Source: Octopus sinensis
Lineage: Eukaryota
Direction of reading: 5' to 3'
DNA length: 64,000 nucleotides
Assembly: GCF_006345805.1 (NCBI RefSeq)
Contig: NC_042997.1
Span: 210,428,001-210,492,000 of the forward strand
Below, piece after piece: positions 25,366-36,900 of this stretch. The position numbers were made by a program, and so were the translations under genes. Below the pieces are notes generated by a model, which was not told the origin of the DNA, ran no database searches, and saw nothing but the letters and a program-made list of their open reading frames with translations. Each line of letters opens with the position of its first letter. Positions within the stretch are counted from its first letter, which is position 1.

Positions 25366-28300
25366 ATTGGCAGAAGTTCCAAAGCAGCTCAGTCTGAGAG
25401 TGTGCAAAGCATGTACACACATACATATACAAGATGGTCACTTAGAACTTGTCTGGTTCGTTTGTAAGAATAACAAAGAAAAAGTTCCAAAGTGTTTTGG
25501 AAGATTTCTGGGGAAGGATTGGTTTAAAGTTTCTACGGAATCGGTGTGCGTAATCCAAAGTTTATTATTTTCCAGTTTGATGATGGCGTCTTGGATTTGA
25601 CTCTGTACCTGCTTCGTAAAGCTTTCTCACTCGTAAATTCTTCATTCTCTAATCCTGTGACAGTCATAGAAGGCTTAAATCGAATGGTAAGTGCTTTTCT
25701 TAGTCTTTTTGTTTTTGTTAATGCGTAAACATAGATTGGACGATCTTTAACCCTTTAGTGTTCGCATTATTCTGCCAAAACTAATGTTTTTTTATCCACA
25801 TTGTTTTGAACTAATCATGCATTATCTTGTAGCTATGAGATTTTGATGAGGAAGCTGTTAATTTTTAAAATGACATTGTAGGGTTGGTGTGAGACACCAG
25901 ATCTGGCCAGTTTGAACATAAAACAGGCAGAATACTTTTGGCTGGATATGGCCAGTTTAAATACTAAAGGGTTAAGATTGTCTCAAGAGAGTAACAGTAA
26001 AATGTTTCAACAACAAAAGTATGAAGTTACAAATTAAATATTAATCGTTAACAGAAAAAAATGTTGCGACAGAAAGTATGTCGTGCAGGATGGGCGTCAA
26101 TGACAGTCACCGTCATTTAGAGGGCTGCAGTTGTTGTATCCATAGATTCCTGCAGCCATTGATCTTCGTTGTATCACAATCACTGATGCACCTTATATAT
26201 AAGCAAGGTATGTCAAAGAAAAGGCGAAATCGTTAATGAGATTTCAATTTGTAAAAAAGAAAAAAACTCCAACTCGAGGAGTCTGAGTGAGACATCTCTT
26301 GTGCTGGTCAAACTGCCAAATAACTTGAGCTTTCTTTTGACCAGAATTCAATGGATTAATTGCTTGCTGACATCATCAATCCTTGACACCATCCATTTTT
26401 ATTGTTTAGCTCTATTTTACGTCTGAACACAGTGATTCAGGTTCGATCCCTAGGCAGTGAGTTGGTGTTTAGGGCTCTGCCAATATGCCTACCACAACTT
26501 CGTGGATAAAGTGAAATTTTCTGAATAAAATCTTATCCTAACAAGAACATTTTGAAAATTGGTTAGAACAAGGTGGAATCAATTTTTACAGCTACAGACG
26601 GCTAAACTTAAAAGTAGGATGCATTGTTTTATGCGATATTTCCCGACTGCTTCATTGTTATATCCATTTAGGTTGCATATGACTCAAATGCTGTAATGTC
26701 CATTCATTGGTACCAATGCAACCCGGAAAGCAGACGTCCCACTGCTTGGAGTTCAAGTGTTGAAATTATACAGGAATATAAAAAGGGATTAGGAAAAGTA
26801 AAATATGGCTGTTGTTGGACGAATGCTGCTTTATTGACAACGTGTAAGTATTTCGTGCATTCCACTTAAGCAAATTTCAGTTCGTTTTAATATCTTCTGC
26901 GTGAAATAATTAACTTTTAATGTTAGATAATTAAATTTTGATTTCTTGATTGAAACAACTGGGTTATAGAATTTGTGCCAATAAGACAGTGAAATGTTAG
27001 CTGAAGAACCTGGGGTATTAGATAAAAGGATGCAATTGCTGTATTCCTTGGATATAAAGTAGTGGTGATTCAAAACATAACCACTAGATAACCAGTCAGA
27101 CACCACGACCGAACCACAATGGCTTCACATGATCAGTCTATTAAGCAACCAACCAGGGTGAAGCTGTTGCATAATTCAGTCTTCTAGAATTTTCCCCTTG
27201 TACCCTATAAAAGAGCTGCTTTTGGTGCCTCCCCTCTTTGCAGAATGTCGAGGCGGCTGAATGACATGTCTCTATTCTTGCCATGACCAGGAAGATGGCC
27301 AAGAACCTCCGTTGTCATGAACATAGCCCAGATGTTTTTATATATGTTGGGCAAACTGCATGTTGCCATCCCAATAGCTTTCTGCAATCTGAGAAAATAT
27401 TGCTCTCACATCATCATCATCATTTAGCATCCGCTTTCCATGCTAGCATGGGTTGGACGGTTCAACTGGGGTCTGTGAAACCAGAAGGCTGCATCAGGCC
27501 CAGTCTGATCTGGTAGTGTTTTTACGGCTGGATGCCCTTCCTAACGCCAACCACTCTGTGAGTGTAGTGGGTGCTTTTTACGTGCCACCCGCACAGGTGC
27601 CAGATGGAGCTGGCAAACGGCCACGGACGGATGGTGCTTTTTACGTGCCACTGGCACGGGGGCCAGGCAAGGCTGGCAACGGCCATGAACGGATGGTGCT
27701 TTTACGTGCCACCGGCACGGGGTCAGGCGAGGCTGGCAACGGTCACGAACGGATGGTGCTTTTTACGTGCCACTGGCACGGGGGCCAGGCGAAGCTGGCA
27801 ACAGCCACAGTCTGTTATTATTGCTGCTGTTAACAGTAAGAGGCCAACACAGTTTGTCTTTGTGATAAATTCTGTTAAATATTCATGGGTTTTGTTCAGT
27901 TACTTCTTCCTGCAGCAAAGAAACCTTTTCCTTTTAACTCAATCGGCAACCACAGCAGCATTGGCGAATCACAAACAACACACCTTATAACATTAGTGAC
28001 AAAACCAATAACACCTTTATGGAATCGGGGAAATGTTTGAAATGCACAGCTTGAATATTAGATTTGAAAAAAAGAAAAAAACAATATGGTGTAGGAGTGG
28101 CTGTGTGGTAAGTAGCTTGCTAACCAACCACATGGTTCTGGGTTCAGTCCCACTGCGTGGCATCTTGGGCAAGTGTCTTCTGCTATAGCCCCAGGCCGAC
28201 CAATGCCTTGTGAGTGGATTTGGTAGACGGAAACTGAAAGAAGCCTGTTGTATATATGTATATATATATGTTTGTGTGTGTGTGTTTGTCCCCCTAGCAT

Positions 28301-29899
28301 TGCTTGACAACCGAAGCTGGTGTGTTTACGTCCCCGTCACTTAGCGGTTTGGCAAAAGAGACCGATAGAATAAGTACTAGGCTTACAAAGAATAAGTCCT
28401 GGGGTCGATTTGCTCGACTAAAGGCGGTGCTCCAGCATGGCCGCAGTCAAATGACTGAAACGAGTAAAAGAGTAAAGAGTAAAAGAGGCTGAGAGAAATA
28501 ATGGAAGGCAAAATAAATATGAAAGAAAAGGATAAATCAAGAATTATGTGACTGGATAATATAAAAAAAATGGATATTCTTAGAATAGAAATGGCCATGG
28601 TCTTCAAACTATTGAAATTAGAACTTAACATGTTAGCTTCCCCACTTCCTGCTGGTAGGTCATGGTGGTATGGTAGCAAGTCCTGCATGACCCACCAGCA
28701 GGTCGTTTTTTACAATATCCTTCCTATGTGTTTTCTGAGAGCTGGAATGCTCCAATTACTTTGATTTATGCTTTTGCTACACTAAAAGAACAATTCTTTA
28801 TAGATTTTCAATATTAATTTTTTTTACGTTTTTCTTCTCATTTCACCATGGAATGAGGTAAAATAAAAGATTGAGAATTGAGAAAATTTTATTTGCCATT
28901 GAAGCAAAAAGAGTTCTTTAGGGAAAAATTGGTAGATTTTCCAACAGAAACAGAAGGGAATGAAAAATATTTAACTTGCCATGGAAACTAAAATAGTTCT
29001 TTTAGAAAAGATTTCAAGATCTTCCAATAGAAAATATCTCAAATTTTTAATTGACCACAGGTAGGTTGTGTGGTACCTAGGATGTGATTTGAACTAAGGT
29101 ACCTCATAACCCTCCGATGGGATGTGGGTATCCAACACTACCTATGTGATCCTTGCCTCACATATGGCATAGTGTAAAAATATTATGCCGCTCATGTCAA
29201 AATTAAGATATCGTATTGGGACCCTGGGATAAAATGTAAAATGAGGTTCAGGGGTCAGCATGTTAAAATACAAAAGGCCTTGGTCTTTCAAAGTGTTGAA
29301 AGCGGAACTTATTATTTTTATTAAGGTTGTATAATTCTGGTTATTTTGTAGTTACTAATCTTTGAAATACTACCAGACATTCACACACAGACATTGACTC
29401 AAACTATTTGACATTTTTGGTTAGTTTGCCGTGCTCTTGGAATTCCTGCTCGTGTGGTCACCTCTTTTAAATCGAATCATGATATCAACAGCAATAAAAT
29501 CAGTCACCATTATCTAACAATGATCAAGTCACTAAAACGACTGCCTCATCTCACCCATCAGTCAATCTGGTAAGTGTTGCTTTTTAAAATTTTTTGTTTT
29601 TCAGTATCTTAGTCATTATTTCTTTGTTGGTAGAACACAATATTAGGCAGGCTGTGTGTTTAGGCAAGAATGACACCTATAAATCTCCATATTTTTTATT
29701 ACTCGGACATACTCTTTTACTTGTTTCAGTCATTTGACTGCGGCCATGCTGGAGCACCGCCTTTAGTCGTGCAACTCAACCCCGGGACTTAATCTTTTTG
29801 TAAGCCCAGTACTTATTCTATCGGTCTCTTTTTGCCGAACCGCTAAGTGACGGGGACGTAAACAGACCAGCATCGGTTGTCAAGCAATGTTAAGGGTGT

Positions 29900-29940
<41 letters not shown>

Positions 29941-32900
29941 TATTTCACTTTACAAATGTCCAACAATTATTTGTATAAACTAACGGACAAGAGATAGTGA
30001 ATGGGGCAGTCTCCATTGCATTAAAATATTTTAGTTATTTATAAGGAGCCTGACTGGCTCCCGTGCCAGTGGCATGTAAAAAGCTCCATCCGAACGTGGC
30101 CGGCGCCAGTGTCACCTGACTGGCTCCTGTGCCGGTGGCACATAAAAGCACTACCCAAACATGATTGATCCCAACCCCCACCCAACCCCTGACTGGCTCC
30201 TGTGCTGGTGGCACGTAAAAAGACACCCACTACACTCTCGGAGTGGTTGGCATTAGGAAGGGCATCCAGCTGTAGAAACACTGCCAGATCAAGATTGGAG
30301 CCTGGTGCAGCCATCTGGCTTTCCAGATCTCAGTCAAACTGTCCAACCCATGCCAGCATGGAAAACAGATGTTAAATGATGATAATAATAGAAATCATTC
30401 ATGCTTATTAACGACAGAATAAGTAGACAAATGAGAACACCTTATCACAAAACTGGTTGCCAGTTCTGTTTCACACCTGAGATTTTGTTTGGGAGTTGAA
30501 AATACCAATCAAAATGTCTAGAATTCTTGTAGTATTAACAGGAAAACTCACAAAATCTACTTTTGAGTTTACCATTTATTTGGTTAACCCTTTTAATATT
30601 AACCTGGCTGAAACCACCTCTGGCTCTGTAGTACAAATGTCTTGTTTTCAAAAGTTTTGAATTAAAATCTTCCACCAAATCTTAGTCACAATTTAAGTTC
30701 CTAGCTTAATGATAATGAAGTTATTTTACTAAATTCTTTGTTATTAGAAAATTACTATTTGTAAATCTCACAATGAGAGATATTCAGCAACAGTACTTTG
30801 GAGTAAAGATTGTTTACCAACATAACATGGCAGTCCTGGTTTAGGATGAATGTGGCTGTAATTTAGCTCCAGGAGACAATCGTCTCCAGCTGGCTATAGG
30901 ACACGATTTGTGTCCTTATATTTTCGAAAATATAAGGCTACACATCGTGTTCAAAAATATGACACAGATCGTGTCCTATAGCCAGCTGGAGACCATGTCT
31001 TCTGGGGCTAAATTACAGCAACATTCGTCCTAAACCAGGACTGCCATGTTATGTTGGGAAACAATCTTAAATACAAATTCTTTATGTTTAAAATTAATTG
31101 AAAGAAACACAGAGCATCTTAACAGAAATATGGTAACAAAAGGGTTAAACACCAGCTCATCTGATTGGTCAAACCATGTTCTCATAGGCATTAATGCCTT
31201 TTATGGCACAGTAAATTTATTGTTGCTGGTCTTTTGCCTTTTATGGCAACAAAGTTAGTCTGGGGAAATTGGTGAAATGGTTGAACATTAGAAGATTGGC
31301 TGTAGTTCTTTCAAGCTCATAAAAATTGACTTTTGAAACGTCTTATCTACTCAAAGCATTATTCTTTAAATTGCAGACAATTTTACACAGGTATTCTTGC
31401 ACAGGATGATGCCAAAATTTGTCAGAATTCACTTCTATATAGATAAATAGATACAGAACATTCCATCCTTGTAATACAATTTAATTTCTCGCATGTGGTC
31501 TGTTTTTTGGCAATAGCCTTGGAATGGTTCATGCTTTTTACTCAATAACTTTCCCATTCTTTTAGCCATGTTTTGGTGTAGACCAGGGCTGGCCAACTTG
31601 CGGCCTGCAGACCACATGTGGCCCACTTGCGGCCTGCAGACCACATGTGGCCCACTTGCGGCCTGCAGACCACATGTGGCCCACTTGCGACCTGCATACC
31701 ACATGTGGCCCACTTGCGGCCTGCAGACCACATGTGGCCAACTTGGGGCCTGCAGACCACATGTGGCCCGTTCTCTTGAAATGAGTTTATATAAACAAAC
31801 ATTTAAAAAATGTTATCAAACATTAAAGATTGTAATGAAAAGTAAAAAAGAAAGATACTAAATGGCGGTGCCCCAGCATGGCCACAGCTTGTGAGCTGAA
31901 ACTAGATAAAATAAAATAAAATACTGTTTTTGCAACAATAATATTTTGTGTTGAATCAACGATTATTCATTAATTATTGTAATTAATAAGCACGAGAAAG
32001 CAAAATGCTTTCAATTCTGTCAGTATATAAGCATCCCTCACAACTTTCTTTAATTAAAGTGGCCCTTAATGTAATTGGAGTTGGCCAGGCCTGGTGTAGA
32101 CAGTCTACTCGTACAATTGTCATGTGAGCATTCATTACTGAACATTCGTTAGTTTGAGACATTTTTAAATATCACTGAATTTAATGTTAATATTTGACAA
32201 TCTCAGAAGTAATCCAATCTGTATTTCTGCTTCAGGAATTTTCATGTATGGATGGATGCATGGACACTCAGGCCGGATCTGCCATCTGGTCATGGTTGGC
32301 ATGCTGTAGAGCCAACACCTAAAAAACTGGAATTTGGTAATTTTTGAAATTTTGAAGATTGCATTTCTAAATATCAACTGAACGTGAATTTCTTGTGACA
32401 TCTTGTCCTTAAATAATTTAACACGGAAAAATAATTTAATGGCGATGGTGACTTAGAAAAAAAAATTCAAGATTGTAAAATAGAAACGAATGTTGAAATC
32501 TTGAAGGGTCACCAAATAAGGTATCACAAAATGGGAATTCACAAGAGTCTCTGGTTATGATGTGGTTGTTGGATGATGCGGATAACATTCTTTGTCACAT
32601 GACTTTCAAAAGATGGAGTTGAGAGAAAATTTCACTGTAGATTAACATGAAGTTCAAATATAAGGTCATCCCATAAGTTCTGTCTGAATTTTGAATAAAG
32701 AAAACAAGAAATCAAATGTTATATTTAATTGAAATTTAATCATCAAAGTACTTTCCCTGATTATCTATGACTTCCTTCCATCTATTTACAAGCTTTTTAA
32801 TCCCATAAATGTAAAACTCTTTTGGTTTCAAAGCGAAGAACTCTGAAATGTCAGTTTCGACCTCCACCTGGCTTGCGAAAGTTATGTCCCCCAAATGATT

Positions 32901-33931
32901 CTGTAAACTACGAAACAAATGGTAGTCTGAAGGAGCAAGGTCGGGAGAATAAGGTGGATGAGGAATTTTTTCCCAACCAAGCTCTTTGATCTTCTGTGAG
33001 GTGATCTTTGCAGCATGGGTTTGCATGTTGTCCTGGTAAAACATCAATCCTTTTCAGTTCACTAAAGCGGGTCTTTTTTCTTCAAAGTTTGGTTCAAACA
33101 CTCTAATTGCTGACAGCAGACTTGAGCATTGATTGTTGCATTAGGTGGTAACAATTCTAAGTGAATTACTCCTTTGCAATCCCACCAGATAGAGAGAAGA
33201 ACCTTTTTCCCCAAGTAGTTCCTTTCTCAGTTGTGGTTGAGCTTTTTCCTTTTTACCAATCCACTGTTTACGACATTTAACATTTTGAAAGAAGATCCAT
33301 TTTTCATCACAAGTCTATCCAAAAAGGGTGAAATGAGTTTGCGAGAATGGAGAGAAGAGCAGATGTCAACTCAGGATTTGTGGTTGCTTTTGGACAATTC
33401 ATGAAACACCCATTTTCCAAGTTTAGGGACCTTTCCAAGTTGTTGAAGATGACGATGAACAGTTGTATGGTTTGAACTAAGCTTTATTGCCAATTCTTCC
33501 ACTGATAATGCAGGATTTTCTTCAAGCAATGCCTCAAGGAGCTTATCATCAAACTCAACTGGATGTCCTGTTCAATCTTCATCTTCAAGGCTGAAATCTC
33601 CACTTCTGAATTTTGCAAACCATCTTCTGCAAGTTCTTTCATTCAAGCATTCTTTCCCATAAACTGAGTGTATGTTTCAAGTCGCTTCGGCTGCAGAGTT
33701 TCCTTTTTTTGTACTCATAAAGCATTAAATGCTATTTGGATACTTCCATGTTAGAAACGGTTTTAATCAAAGAAATTTTAATTCTATTATTCTGTAAAAT
33801 AATATTTAATTAGTTTAAATGTACACAAATGCATAAAAATAATTTTTAATTCCATTAGACATTCTAAAATACTATTAAATTTCATTCAATTTTAAAAAAG
33901 GTAAAATCAGACAGAACTTATGGGATATATA

Positions 33932-33962
<31 letters not shown>

Positions 33963-36900
33963 TGTGATACAAGTTTTGTTAAGGTTAATTCTTACTGATA
34001 TTCTGTAGAAATTATAGTCAGCAATGATTTGTTTTTGTTTCATTTCATATTGAGAAATCGGATGTAAGCAATGAGATCAGACAAAAATGGTTAATGGGTG
34101 TACATGCCATATTTCGGGGGTTTTTATCCCCTCATCAGCATCCGGTCTAACCTATTATTGTCTCTGAACACATTGCTTATATAAGCACTAAACACATTCC
34201 TGGGGCTGTAGGTATTTTGTTATGCAACCATGATATGCATTAGTACACTACACAACACTGCACAAATGGTGCATTGTTTGCATAACGAAGTACCTACAAA
34301 TCGTTAATATGAAAGAAGTGTATTTCTGCAGTGTATACGTGTGATGGATTAGAATTACGGCTCAAAGTATGTAGCTGCCTCTATACATGACCACCGTGGC
34401 AACAATGGGAATGAGAAAGGTGAGAAAAAATGTCCTTTAATGACCCATTATAAGGAATGGCCTCCTTGACTGGATTAAGTCTTCAGGGAAGTCTGAAGAA
34501 ATGGTGTTTGAGAATTTTCTTTGTCAACCAACACTTCGTTAACTGTTGCCTCAAAATATGATTGGCTGAAATGTTGTAAAGTTTTTCTTTACTTGTGAAG
34601 ATGGATTAGGGCTCACCATTCATACCAAATATGGTAATAGTGGCTAAAAGCACTTCAATGTAAATGGATTTAGCCTAAGTCGTTTGGGAATGGTTCATTC
34701 CTGAGAGATTGACTGCAATTATTGGTTCACTGCCAATCATGGAGAATGTCCTGGTATCGAAAATACTTTCCAGTTTCTATTTGAATTACTTTGAAGATGA
34801 GGACAATGTTTTGTGGCCAAACAAAAAATACTAACCCCTCACACAATCTGTCAGATTAGGGCACAATCTGTCGGATTAGGGCACAATAGTCTGTCGGATT
34901 AGGGCACAATAGTCTGTGAGATTAGGGCACAATCATCTGTCAGAATAGAGCTCAGGATATTTTAAAACCTAGAAATCACATTTGAACTACATGTGAATAT
35001 TCATGTGCATGATGGATAAACACTGCTTGATATTGAGTGAAGGGGGAGTTGTGTAAAATTGAAGAGTTCTAAGCTCAATAACCCCCCCCCCCCACCAAAA
35101 ATGTGTGCATTGTTATGTGTAAACAATTCTACGCTATGCTGCCATAGCAGATGTTAAAGTTGTTGCCAATATTGAGGTTTCTGTAATGATGTCAGTTTGT
35201 TTGCATGGTTTTACACCAGAATTGCTGATGGATGGAATAATTTGTTTTCACAGGAATGAGTGTGTATGGTCCAACACCTCTCTCCTTCATTAAAGAAGGA
35301 AATATCGGAACTGGGCAAGACGTGAACAATTTTTTTCATGACCTGAACGTAAAATCTGCCCATTACATTCGAACATCAAAAGGTTGGTCACTTTTCCAAA
35401 CGGATCCAGACATGTAAGTTCGAGTTTTACCATGATTTAGTGAACAAACTAAAATTAGTTGATATTTCTATGTAACTTCTATTAACTCAGGTTTGTGGCT
35501 GATATAAATGTTGGGGGGTTTTCTCCAGTCAAGCTTTTCAGTCTAGAGAGAGATGGGGAGAGAAAGACTACTAACATAAAATTCTATCATCATTTAACAT
35601 CTGCCTTCCATGCTGGCATGGGTGGAACGGTTTGATAGGAGCCGGCCAGGCAGAAGCCCGTGCCAGACTTCTGTGACTGTTTTGGCAGGGTTTTTATAGC
35701 TGGATGCCCTTCCTAACACCAACCACTCAGCAGAGTGGACTTAGTGCTTTTTATGTGGCATAAGCACAGGTGAGGTCAGTAGTGATTTGTATGTGGCACA
35801 AGCACAGGTGAGGTTAATTTTGGCAAGGTTCTTACAGATGGATGCCCTTCTGAACACCAACCACTTTACAGTGTGGACTGGGTGCTTTTAAGTGGCACCT
35901 GCACTGACAGGGTCACCAAGTACCTTGCAAGACAAAAAAACATCTCTTGAGATGGGAAAGGGCATTGGAGGAGGTGATCTTGTGTCAGTCGATGCAAAAT
36001 AAAAATAAAAATTGACAAGCAGTGGTAAGCGGATTGGAAAGATATTCTGTAGTCAATGGCTGCCAAATCCAGGACATGCTTACATAAAACAACAGTTTGT
36101 GTAGAAGGATAAACTTGACAAACAGTCAGGGGAGGTTAAGAAGCAGCAGCTCTACATGAAGGTGGCTCTTACTGAAAAAAAGCTCAGCAATAATTTATAT
36201 TTATTGTAATAAATATTTTCTTCTGATGATTAAGTAAACTATTCGTTAGCAATGTAATTTTTTTCATTAATCTCTTGGGTATTTAATTAGAAATTTATAG
36301 CAAACTGAAGGTGGCGAGCTGGCAGAAATGTTAGCATGCCGGGCGAAATGCTTAGCGATATTTCGTCTGATATGTTCTGAGTTCAAATTCCGTCGAGGTC
36401 GACTTTGCCTTTCATACTTTCGGGGATGATAAAATTAAGTACCAGTTTTGCACTGGGGTCGATATAATCAACGTACTCCGTTTGTCCCCTCTATGTTTAG
36501 CCCCTTGTGGGTAATAAAGAAACAGGTATTTCATCTGTCATTTTGTTCTGAGTTCAAATTCCACCGAGGTTGACTTTGCCTTTCATCCTTTCGGGGTCGA
36601 TAAATTAAGTACCAGTTTCACACTGAGGTCGATGTAATCGACTTAATCCCTTTGTCTGTCCCTTCTATGTTTAGCCCCTTGTGAGCAGTAAAGAAATATA
36701 TAGTAAACTGTTCTAGATGAATATATATCTACAATTGCAACAATTGTGCCATTCTCTGTGGAGGGAATCTGTGGAAGATGTAGACCCAAGAAGACATGGG
36801 ACGAAGCGGTGAAGCAGGGTCTTCAAATGTCAGGCTTCATGGAGACAATGAGAAGAGACTGAGAGGTTTGGTGATGTGCTGGGCTTATCAAATCAAGTGA

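Noticed and set aside
27283-27400. SPDVFIYVGQ as a decayed DNA-transposon N-terminal motif, with TATAAAA at about 27206
   Set aside because: The similarity is short and from memory, with no downstream domain or TIR to support it.
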